From an uncultured virus (IMG/VR IMGVR_UViG_3300031133_000283) (taxonomy: Duplodnaviria; Heunggongvirae; Uroviricota; Caudoviricetes): a stretch of DNA of 64,000 nt. A model generated the notes under the pieces. It searched no databases. It was not told the DNA's origin and worked only from the letters and a program-made list of their open reading frames with translations. Made by a program: the position numbers and the translations under genes. Below are positions 56,372 to 64,000 of this stretch, piece after piece. Position 1 is the first letter of the stretch, and each line of letters opens with the position of its first letter. Location: the IMG/VR virus record IMGVR_UViG_3300031133_000283. One strand, given 5' to 3'.

Positions 56372-56626
56372 ATGTTTGGTAATTTAGAAACAGATATTCA
56401 AAGTCGTATCCCCGACCGTCCTAAAAGAGGCATTCCTGAGAAGATTTCAGATATGCCAGAACTTCCATGGCTTGCATCCCGCTACGTCCCACAGGCTAAT
56501 GCAAAGCCAACTACAAAGACAATTATTTCTCGTTTAGTAAAGACTGCTATCCCTATTTTGGGGGCTCTTATCATCCTTGGCCTTATTGGTTTAGGTGCTA
56601 TGCGTCTGTTTTCTTTCTATTCTTAA
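56372..56626 (+). CDS. Small protein with C-terminal TM
   Basis: ATG 56372 in frame with the track ORF; hydrophobic C-terminus. Confidence 0.55.
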   Translation: MFGNLETDIQSRIPDRPKRGIPEKISDMPELPWLASRYVPQANAKPTTKTIISRLVKTAIPILGALIILGLIGLGAMRLFSFYS

Positions 56627-56645
56627 TATTTTTATTTGACTCAAG

Positions 56646-56674
56646 TTGACAAGAGGCTTTCTGGGTGCTAAAGT
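56646..56674 (+). promoter_or_regulatory. Strong SigA-type promoter
   Basis: TTGACA-17-TAAAGT with extended TG. Confidence 0.75.
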
Positions 56675-56704
56675 ATAGCTACAAGCACCACAAAAGAAAG
56701 CCTC

Positions 56705-58570
56705 TTGTCCTTTATGTCCGATTCACTTGATACCAACCCCGCGTTAGCTGTGCGGGCTGTCCCCCCTTACCGTGAGCGTTGGGACAAAATTGGCAGGCTC
56801 TATCATAAGCCTGGTTTTGAACTCCCGAGCGATTACCGGGAGCTTCCTGTTCTAAAACAGCTTATTCGTGACGGTGATCTGGTTCCTTCCATCACCAATG
56901 TCATCGATGTTAAAGGTAGCCCTTACCTGGTTGACTGGGCAGCAAAGCTCGTCGCAAAAGAAGGTATTCGAATTGGTATCCGATTCGCACAAGACCTTGC
57001 GGCTCGAGAAGAGAAGGCTTTCCGTTATCTGAAAGATATCCCTCATACTGAGAAGACTTTTTGGGGCACTCAGGGTACTAATGTGCACACTGCTTGTGAA
57101 CTTATCTCTCTTGGGAAAGACTATTCTCATTTGAAATTGACTGAGTACGAGCAGCAATGCGTGGACCAGTTCAAACGTTGGCTTGATGATTTCCAGCCAA
57201 CGTTCAATTACACCGAGTTCACTGGATTCGGCACCACCCGTAATACTAAACTTGGGTTTGCTGGAACAGCAGACTTCCACGCCACTGTGAATGGAGTAAA
57301 TATCTTGGGCGACTACAAATGCACGACTGATGACACGCTTATCCTGATGAAGGATGGTTCCCAGAAAAAAGCTAAGGATATTCAGGTTGGTGACGAAGTA
57401 GTTTCATGGTCTGAGAAGGATGGCCTCCGTTCTGACTACGTTTCATATGTTGGCTCCAATGGCGTGAAGAAAACATATACAGTTATCACTGAGCTGGGTC
57501 AGACTATTACTGTTACAGGTAACCACAAATTCCTCAAGCGTTCTGACCAGGGCATGGTTTGGTCTGAGAGTGAAACGTTGACTAGTGATGACCGTGTGTA
57601 CATTGTTTCTGGTTGGTCACACTCTCCGTACAAGACTGAGACAGAATGGCCTTTCAATAAGCATCTCTCTCCTTATCTCTTAGGTATGCTCTGGGCATTA
57701 GCACATCACAATAAAAACGAGTGGACTGATTCAGGTAAGGTTGATTACCCGACCAGCGCCCGCGCAGAACTGTTTGATGAGCTGGCTTCCTTCGGTTTCC
57801 TTCGTTCAGCAGATGACCGTATCCGTGTAAAGACAGGTCTGCGTCGTGTTGCTAACAAAACAAAGATTTCCATCGAAGAGCTTCTGGAACTCATCAACAC
57901 GGACCGAATTCCTGATTTTGTTTTCACTTCCCCTCTTATTTTCCAGACTGCATTCATGTCAGGTGTCCAGGAAGTGTTTGCAAATAAAGCTGTCAATGAA
58001 GATTACTTCTTTGTAGAGCACCGTGGTATTGAAAGTCTTCGCTCTTTGCAGCAGTTGTACTTCAATAACGGCCAGGTGACAAAGATTGGTGCAAACGCGA
58101 AGACAAAGCACCCAGTTCTGCGTCTTCCTATCCAGTCAGGTGAGCAGGTTCACATTTACGGACTTGAAGAGGTAAAAGTTGTTCGAGTGACTGAAAACGA
58201 AGAACCTGTACACACTGTTGCTATCACCGTTGAGAACACCCACAATCACGTCACTGGTGGAGTCCTGACTCACAATACAAACCGCTCTGGTCTGCACGCA
58301 ACTATTGCGTTACAGCTGGCAGCTAACCGTTTCGTGGATACTATTACTCCTGATAACAGAACTATGATTACCCCTCCTCAGACAGACATCACTGCTGGTT
58401 TGCACCTTTCTCCAAAGGGATACACCTTCAAAGAGGTTGACTCTTCGGAGAAGATGTTCGGTATGTTTGAATCACTTCGTGAAGTTTGGCCGTTCCATGC
58501 ATTTGAAGGGTCTTTGGATGACTCTAAGGGTGTTTTCTTGCGTACCATGAAAACTCCAGCTGATATTTGA
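56705..58570 (+). CDS. PD-(D/E)XK (RecB/Cas4-like) exonuclease interrupted by an intein
   Basis: PSITNVI, GTNVH, FAGTADF..ILGDYK|intein|TN...LQLAA. Confidence 0.8.
   Translation: MSFMSDSLDTNPALAVRAVPPYRERWDKIGRLYHKPGFELPSDYRELPVLKQLIRDGDLVPSITNVIDVKGSPYLVDWAAKLVAKEGIRIGIRFAQDLAAREEKAFRYLKDIPHTEKTFWGTQGTNVHTACELISLGKDYSHLKLTEYEQQCVDQFKRWLDDFQPTFNYTEFTGFGTTRNTKLGFAGTADFHATVNGVNILGDYKCTTDDTLILMKDGSQKKAKDIQVGDEVVSWSEKDGLRSDYVSYVGSNGVKKTYTVITELGQTITVTGNHKFLKRSDQGMVWSESETLTSDDRVYIVSGWSHSPYKTETEWPFNKHLSPYLLGMLWALAHHNKNEWTDSGKVDYPTSARAELFDELASFGFLRSADDRIRVKTGLRRVANKTKISIEELLELINTDRIPDFVFTSPLIFQTAFMSGVQEVFANKAVNEDYFFVEHRGIESLRSLQQLYFNNGQVTKIGANAKTKHPVLRLPIQSGEQVHIYGLEEVKVVRVTENEEPVHTVAITVENTHNHVTGGVLTHNTNRSGLHATIALQLAANRFVDTITPDNRTMITPPQTDITAGLHLSPKGYTFKEVDSSEKMFGMFESLREVWPFHAFEGSLDDSKGVFLRTMKTPADI
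57320..58276 (+). mobile_element. Intein (319 aa) with degenerate LAGLIDADG domain
   Basis: Starts CTTDDTLILMKDG, block B TVTGNHKF, ends VLTHN followed by +1 Thr. Confidence 0.88.
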
Positions 58571-58574
58571 TAGT

Positions 58575-59123
58575 ATGGCTCGTAAACCTATTCTACCTGA
58601 CGAAAACGGCGTATACACTGACGCTCAATTAGAGCGCCTTCGCAACCGTGCCTGGAATTCAGCAATCTGGCATCTTGGTCGCGCTCCTCAAACGGAGTAT
58701 CAGATTCGTGAGAAACTCCGTAAGAAAATTATCCCTCAGGACATCATTGATGCGACTGTGGAAAAACTACTGAACGTAAAATATCTTAATGACCGTGACT
58801 ATGCTGAGAACTTTATTTACAGTAAACGTAAGTATGAAAAGCTCGGTACGTCTGCTATCAAAATGAAATTGTCGCAAAAAGGTGTTGACCGTGAAATCAT
58901 TGATGAACTACTCGCAGAAGTAGACCCTGAAGATTTGCGAGAAACAGCCGTTATCTTAGCGGAAAAGAAAATGCGTTCTCTTATGCGAGAACCAGATAAG
59001 CAGAAACGTATCAGTAAGATGGTTTCTTTCTTAGCCTATCGTGGATACAACGCTGGCGTTGCTTATGATGTAGCAAAACAAGTGGTTGAAACAAGTGCTG
59101 AAAATGACCTGGATTATTCCTGA
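58575..59123 (+). CDS. recX: RecX family regulator
   Basis: QTEYQIREKL, YLNDRDYAE, G..AIKMKLSQKGV, FLAYRGY. Confidence 0.85.
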   Translation: MARKPILPDENGVYTDAQLERLRNRAWNSAIWHLGRAPQTEYQIREKLRKKIIPQDIIDATVEKLLNVKYLNDRDYAENFIYSKRKYEKLGTSAIKMKLSQKGVDREIIDELLAEVDPEDLRETAVILAEKKMRSLMREPDKQKRISKMVSFLAYRGYNAGVAYDVAKQVVETSAENDLDYS

Positions 59124-59171
59124 CTGTTAGAATAGATAGTAGAAACACACAGACAACAGTAAAGGAAAATC

Positions 59172-60728
59172 ATGAGCGTTTTTGTTTCACACGATGGCGA
59201 TGGTACCGAGGTATACGTAGCAACAGCAAAAGGTAAAGTTACTCAGTTAGATGAGAAAGCTAATGCTATTAATGTAAAGATTGAAGCTCCTTATTTAGAC
59301 TACCCACTCAATGGTTGGTTGAACAAAGATGAGGAAATCCTTACAGCAATCCGTAAAGCGCATGAAGATGGAACCGAACATGAAGTTCGTATCGAATCTC
59401 AGCGTAAAAAAGGGTTAGACCGTTCCACCCCCATCCAAGAACTTCGTGAGAAAGATGCTAATAAGAACATCATCAAAAAGCTTGTAGCTTTTGATGGAGC
59501 TTTTACAGGAGAAGCTCTCACGAACCCTGAGGAAGACCCTGCTACTGGGCAGGCAACCTCAGCTCTTAACAAACCAGCACGTAACAATACTGGTGGCACT
59601 TCAACTGGCGGAAGCACAAGCGTTAACAAAGAGGATGTTCTTGCTACTCTGAAAAGCTTGGCTACTGCACGCGAAGTTTCAGAAAGCGTCCTTGACGCAG
59701 TAAAAGCACAGGCACTTATCTCAGGAGCCACCGCAGCAGAAGTTATTGCTGCTTCAACTCTTGCTGATGAAGAACCTAACGCAGTTCAGGCAGGTTTCAG
59801 TAAGGAAGCCCCTGGATTCAAAGAGTACAACTCTGATGGTCGCTTGAACTTAGGTGGACCATCAGTTTCAGCAGGTGTTGGTGTATACAACTCTGTATAT
59901 GAGCGACTTAACAAGCAGTTAGGGAAAGAACCTAATGCTGAAACAGTGGAATTCTTAGCACACTTGCTTCTTTCCATTGCTGACCGCATTCAGGTTGGAG
60001 CATATGGAACAGGCTTCCGTATTGACCGCACTGCTGGGTCCCATACCCGTGTTCGTGCATCGATTTACACGTTGCTTGACGCTGGTGTAGCACTTCCTAT
60101 CAATACTGATGGCACTATTGCCAGCAAAGAAGCCGTAAACGACTTCGTTCAGTACGTTGGTAAAACAGCTCGCCATAACTTCCTTGCTGGAATCAAAGTT
60201 TCACAGCAGAACGTATCAGTCAACGCCTTGCTGGCCAGCTTGGACAAGTCAGCAGTTGCTGATGCAGCTCCTGTTAACACAGTTCCTGATGTAGCGCCTG
60301 AGGCACCTCAGTCAGCAGTAGAGGAATCTCAGGTAACTGTTACCTCTGGTATCGTTGCTCCTGCCTCAGAGGAGGAAGTAGCTACTCCCGCTGCAGCAAC
60401 TGTTTCCAGCCCTGTCTCTGCGCCTGAACCAGTGAATGTTGTTGATGGCACTGAATGGTTCCCTCAGCAGCTTCTCCCACCAGGAGCAATCAATGCTTCC
60501 AACGCACCAAGCGAAGAAACTCTTGAAGAGTTCAAAAACTTTGTTGTAGAGGAAGCTAAATTGCAGTCAAAAGCAGAACAGGCACAAGTAGCGAAACTGT
60601 TGGCTCATACCTTCGGTAAGTCATACAGTAAGGCTTCCAATGTTCCTGATGAGCACCTTGGTGACTTCCTTGACTTCTACGTTGCCAGTGGCGTAGAGAA
60701 CTTCAAGGCTGTTCTCGCCAGCTTCTAA
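59172..60728 (+). CDS. Large hypothetical protein (possible N-terminal OB-like domain)
   Basis: SD aaagga, strong codon bias, A/P/E-rich linker; lies in a recombination block. Confidence 0.7.
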   Translation: MSVFVSHDGDGTEVYVATAKGKVTQLDEKANAINVKIEAPYLDYPLNGWLNKDEEILTAIRKAHEDGTEHEVRIESQRKKGLDRSTPIQELREKDANKNIIKKLVAFDGAFTGEALTNPEEDPATGQATSALNKPARNNTGGTSTGGSTSVNKEDVLATLKSLATAREVSESVLDAVKAQALISGATAAEVIAASTLADEEPNAVQAGFSKEAPGFKEYNSDGRLNLGGPSVSAGVGVYNSVYERLNKQLGKEPNAETVEFLAHLLLSIADRIQVGAYGTGFRIDRTAGSHTRVRASIYTLLDAGVALPINTDGTIASKEAVNDFVQYVGKTARHNFLAGIKVSQQNVSVNALLASLDKSAVADAAPVNTVPDVAPEAPQSAVEESQVTVTSGIVAPASEEEVATPAAATVSSPVSAPEPVNVVDGTEWFPQQLLPPGAINASNAPSEETLEEFKNFVVEEAKLQSKAEQAQVAKLLAHTFGKSYSKASNVPDEHLGDFLDFYVASGVENFKAVLASF

Positions 60729-60733
60729 ACCCC

Positions 60734-60772
60734 GTTGGGTCCCCGTAGATATATTGTTTGCGGGGACCCAAC
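60734..60772 (+). terminator. Hairpin terminator
   Basis: gttgggtccccg / cggggacccaac with G-U extension. Confidence 0.65.
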
Positions 60773-60798
60773 CCCTATGGAAAGCCTATAAGTAAAGT

Positions 60799-61314
60799 AT
60801 GTTAGTAATTGGTATAGACCCTGGCGCAAAGTACACTGGTGTTTCTGTAAGGAACATTGCAGAAGATACAATTCTTTTATCTTCAACATATGTAAAACCT
60901 GATGAAACTGAAATCTTTACTTGGGCGACAGAAGTTGCTCAATTGATTGCAGAGGAAGTTGTTTCCCAATTCCCAGATGCAAAAATTGGTATTGAAGGTA
61001 TTTCCGATCCTAAGGGTTATAAAAATGGAAAACTTTCACCCCTGAATCCTAAATGGGTTATTCGTTTAGGAATTGTCGCTGGTGCAATTGCAAATGAATT
61101 CAGAGACGTGGCAGTCATTATTCCTCCTGGGAAAAATGGTTCATCACAAGCTGGATATCCAGATGTTCTCAATGGTCGCCGCCCTGCTTCTCTTCCAGGA
61201 AAGTCAAAAGGTGCAGGAACTCGTAATCACGAGAAATCTGCATATGATGTTGCAGGAGAAATTCCTTTTGTCTCGGGAAATAATTATAAATTAGACTCAA
61301 AATCTGAGCTATAA
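60799..61314 (+). CDS. RuvC-like Holliday junction resolvase / RNase H-fold nuclease
   Basis: VIGIDPGAKYTG, IGIE, HEKSAYD. Confidence 0.7.
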   Translation: MLVIGIDPGAKYTGVSVRNIAEDTILLSSTYVKPDETEIFTWATEVAQLIAEEVVSQFPDAKIGIEGISDPKGYKNGKLSPLNPKWVIRLGIVAGAIANEFRDVAVIIPPGKNGSSQAGYPDVLNGRRPASLPGKSKGAGTRNHEKSAYDVAGEIPFVSGNNYKLDSKSEL

Positions 61315-61402
61315 AGAATAAAGACGTTAGACTATAAATAAGCAAGCGTAGACAGTTTACGTTATACGCCTTGACACATAACAAACACAGAAACGAAGAA
61401 AA

Positions 61403-61885
61403 ATGACAGCATATAACAAACACATTGTATCTGGCCGTATCGGACGTAAACCAGAAATCCGTTACACTCCTTCCGGAGTCCCAGTTACTTCTTTCAGCTT
61501 GGCTCGCCAGCCTCGCCGTTTGAACCAGCAGACCAATCAGTGGGAAGATGGTGAACTCACTTGGTACGACGTTACCATGTTCAAGCGTCTTGCAGAGAAC
61601 GTTGTTAGCTCTCTTGACCAGGGTCACGAAGTTACTGTTTTTGGTGAGCTGAAAGTCTCCCAGTACAAGACCCGCGATGGCGAAGCTCGCCAGAGTCTTG
61701 AAATTGTTGCAGATGATGTAGCAATCAGCCTTGACCACCAGATTGCTACCGTTACAGACAAGTCTGCTTACGGAACTAAAGCTGGTGGAAACATCGGTGG
61801 TAACGGTGGCGGAAACGCACCTGCACGCACCAACAACACACCTGCTTACAGCGCACCTGCTGAGGATGACGACGCACCATTCTGA
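61403..61885 (+). CDS. ssb: Single-stranded DNA-binding protein
   Basis: GRIGRKPEIRYTPSG, LAENV..SL..G, Gly-rich linker, DDDAPF tail. Confidence 0.93.
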   Translation: MTAYNKHIVSGRIGRKPEIRYTPSGVPVTSFSLARQPRRLNQQTNQWEDGELTWYDVTMFKRLAENVVSSLDQGHEVTVFGELKVSQYKTRDGEARQSLEIVADDVAISLDHQIATVTDKSAYGTKAGGNIGGNGGGNAPARTNNTPAYSAPAEDDDAPF

Positions 61886-61897
61886 TTCAATCAGTAA

Positions 61898-61935
61898 GAA
61901 ATACCTCCCACTTCACACGAAGTGGGAGGTATTTC
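61898..61935 (+). terminator. 17-bp perfect hairpin
   Basis: gaaatacctcccacttc-acac-gaagtgggaggtatttc. Confidence 0.7.
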
Positions 61936-62045
61936 CCGTTAAGGGACAATATAGCAATGATTTTCACATTCTTATGAGGATACAGATAGATATAAACGAC
62001 CCCCTTGCAGCAAGATGCTTGCACTGAGCCAATATTAGAAGTGAT

Positions 62046-64000
62046 ATGATTAGCCAACTTGTCAACCACGCTGTAATCCTAGTAGGAATTTTCATAGGTA
62101 TCTCATTAGCCTATGCCGGTTTGTCATACCTATGGAACCGTAAATATGTCCCTTCAAGGTTAGCTAAAGGTAAATTAGTGAAACCTTTGGGGAAGATTGT
62201 TTCCGAGGTGCAAACTTTTGCTTTCAAAGAAGATAATCGCAGCTTACTGAAAAAAGGTTCCCCAAAGGTCAAGGGTATCTTTGCAGTTAAGCGTCTGCAC
62301 ATCTATCTGTTTATCATCGGAGCTGTTGGGTTCATCTTAACAGGAAACTACTTATTCCTGATTGTTTTCCCAATCAGCCTTGCTGTTGGGTTTAGCCGTG
62401 CAATGCCAGTTCTGAAAGAACGTAACCAAGTCCTTGAACGCATTTTTGCTATTGCAGGGGCTTCCATCAACTTCTCTAATGGGACAAGAGGTAAGAGCGC
62501 TGTTCCTCCTGCCTACTGGAATCATCTTACAGTAGAAGAATGGACCTTCAATCAAGAAGGGGATACTCGTGAGTATATCCCTAAAAAAATGATTCTTTCT
62601 TTCCCTACTGGAAAAGGACCTGACCAGACTGCGCAGCGTACGTTTGAGAAGACATTCAAAGCTAATGTTAGCAATTTGAACGACTGGCACGTCGAATGGG
62701 AATTGACAAAAGACCGTGCAGTATTCAACCGTGTTGAAAACCTTCCAACTACGCTGAATTATCCTGGTTCTGAGGACTCAAATTGGAGTCGCTTCCCAGT
62801 TGGATTATCTACTGCTGGAATAGCCGCGTTTGACGTTTCTACATTCCCTCACTGCCTTGTTGGTGGACCATCAGGTACAGGTAAATCAGTTCTGCAGCGT
62901 AACATTGTATTTCACACCATTCAGCATAACTATCGCTGGCGTTTCCTTGGTATTGACTTGAAACGAGTAGAGCTCACACCTTATAACCGTTATAAGAAAA
63001 CAGTTATGGGTATCGCTACTGAAGTTGACCAGGGTCTTGAAGTTCTCAAATATGTTAACAATGAGATGATGGACCGTTACAAGATGATGGAGGAGCAAGG
63101 CAAGAATAATCTTATGGACCTTGATGACCCTCCATACTGCATCCTCCTCATGATTGATGAGGCTACCATGTTCTTAGGTGCTTCTGGCTCTAAAACAGAA
63201 GAAGGTAAAGCAGAAGACGCTATGAAAGCAGAAGCGTCAGACTTAGTAGGTAAGATTCTTCGTTTGGGTCGTGCTGCTGGTATTCACATGGTTGTTGCTA
63301 TGCAGCGACCTGACGCTACTGTCCTCCGAGGTGAGTTCAAAGCTAACATGGACGTACGTCTTGCAGCAGGTCGTATGGACTCTACTCCATCTGCCATGAT
63401 TTTAGACTCTGGTGAAGCAGTTAACCTGCCAGGTATCAAAGGTCGCGGACTTATCCGTGTCGGTGGTTCTTTGGATACTTTCCAGGGCTACTTTGCTCAG
63501 CCAGACTGGATTGACGATTTTATTTTAGCTCACCCAGAAGTAGAACCTTCAACAGTATCCCCTGGTGGACACCTTCATGAGAAATACCAAGCAAGCCAGC
63601 GTTTAAAAACTGCGGATGCGCCTGCTATTGAAGAACAGCCAATCTCTATGGACAAAACTGTCTCAGCTGAACCAGCTCTGTCTATGGATAAAGAAGCATC
63701 TCCTGTCTTACAGATGGAAAAAACATTCCCTGAACCTGATTTCATGAATGAGCCAGAACCTGCAACAGCAGGACAGCAGAATCTCATGGAAGCTTTGCAG
63801 AAGAAGCCTGTTGACAATACATTGGATATGGGAGAGAAGACCATTCCTACCTTCTTCACTGGTTCTGCTAATCCTCAGCAGAGTGCCCCTACATCGGAAC
63901 CAGAGCTGAAACTCTCAGAAGATGATTTCGTTCTTGACGACTTTGATGATTCAATCCCAGAAGAAGAAGTTGTTCCCCAACCAACAGCTCAAGCTCCTGC
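62046..64000 (+). CDS. FtsK/SpoIIIE-family ATPase with N-terminal TMs (TcpA/TraB-like), runs off the window end
   Basis: Manual translation from ATG 62046: MISQLVNH..., PHCLVGGPSGTGKS (Walker A at 62862-62888), IDLKRVEL, LMIDEA, RLGRAAGIHMVVAMQRPD. Confidence 0.85.
   Translation, partial: MISQLVNHAVILVGIFIGISLAYAGLSYLWNRKYVPSRLAKGKLVKPLGKIVSEVQTFAFKEDNRSLLKKGSPKVKGIFAVKRLHIYLFIIGAVGFILTGNYLFLIVFPISLAVGFSRAMPVLKERNQVLERIFAIAGASINFSNGTRGKSAVPPAYWNHLTVEEWTFNQEGDTREYIPKKMILSFPTGKGPDQTAQRTFEKTFKANVSNLNDWHVEWELTKDRAVFNRVENLPTTLNYPGSEDSNWSRFPVGLSTAGIAAFDVSTFPHCLVGGPSGTGKSVLQRNIVFHTIQHNYRWRFLGIDLKRVELTPYNRYKKTVMGIATEVDQGLEVLKYVNNEMMDRYKMMEEQGKNNLMDLDDPPYCILLMIDEATMFLGASGSKTEEGKAEDAMKAEASDLVGKILRLGRAAGIHMVVAMQRPDATVLRGEFKANMDVRLAAGRMDSTPSAMILDSGEAVNLPGIKGRGLIRVGGSLDTFQGYFAQPDWIDDFILAHPEVEPSTVSPGGHLHEKYQASQRLKTADAPAIEEQPISMDKTVSAEPALSMDKEASPVLQMEKTFPEPDFMNEPEPATAGQQNLMEALQKKPVDNTLDMGEKTIPTFFTGSANPQQSAPTSEPELKLSEDDFVLDDFDDSIPEEEVVPQPTAQAP

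Noticed and set aside
56705..58570. Cas4 as evidence of a CRISPR-Cas locus
   Set aside because: No Fe-S Cys cluster pattern, no cas1/cas2 and no array; better explained as a mobile-element exonuclease
61169..61738. 189-aa minus-strand ORF
   Set aside because: Antisense to ssb and the RuvC-like gene
62111..63859. Short minus-strand ORFs given by the track
   Set aside because: Antisense to the long open FtsK-like frame on the + strand
1..64000. tRNA or rRNA genes
   Set aside because: No cloverleaf or rRNA-like segment recognised in the short intergenic regions; tRNAscan-SE would be needed to exclude them formally

Overview
Gene-dense, mostly + strand segment of a large, relatively AT-rich element with an actinobacterial signature: an LAxTG-anchored adhesin, a WhiG/FliA-type sigma factor, DivIVA, an actinobacterial-type Ter/PRTase cluster and leaderless promoters. 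It reads as a giant extrachromosomal replicon (megaplasmid, or jumbo phage/phage-plasmid) rather than a host chromosome. No capsid, tail, rRNA, tRNA or CRISPR features were recognised. Layout: (1) 1-17.5 kb, a tandem array of about 12 divergent paralogous membrane proteins sharing a C-terminal helical domain that is also present in the small TelA-adjacent XpaC/KlaA-like proteins. (2) 13-27.5 kb, a Ter stress cluster: four TerD/TerZ genes, telA, a citrate-lyase-like enzyme, a PRTase-TRSP-PELOTA fusion and a HAD hydrolase. (3) dnaE, an adhesin with 7 IPT/TIG repeats, pncB, a DnaC-like ATPase and recG. (4) Two sigma factors, sbcCD, a stand-alone IF3 C-domain, a Flp-like pilin with a prepilin peptidase, and a DivIVA-repeat protein. 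(5) An intein-containing PD-(D/E)XK nuclease, recX, a RuvC-like nuclease, ssb and a truncated FtsK/SpoIIIE ATPase absent from the ORF track. The best candidates for undescribed biology are the expanded TelA-partner membrane protein repertoire and a probable element-encoded sigma-28-like regulon, marked by a recurrent CCGATAG motif upstream of surface, pilus and other genes. All family calls come from recognising motifs by eye; no searches were run.
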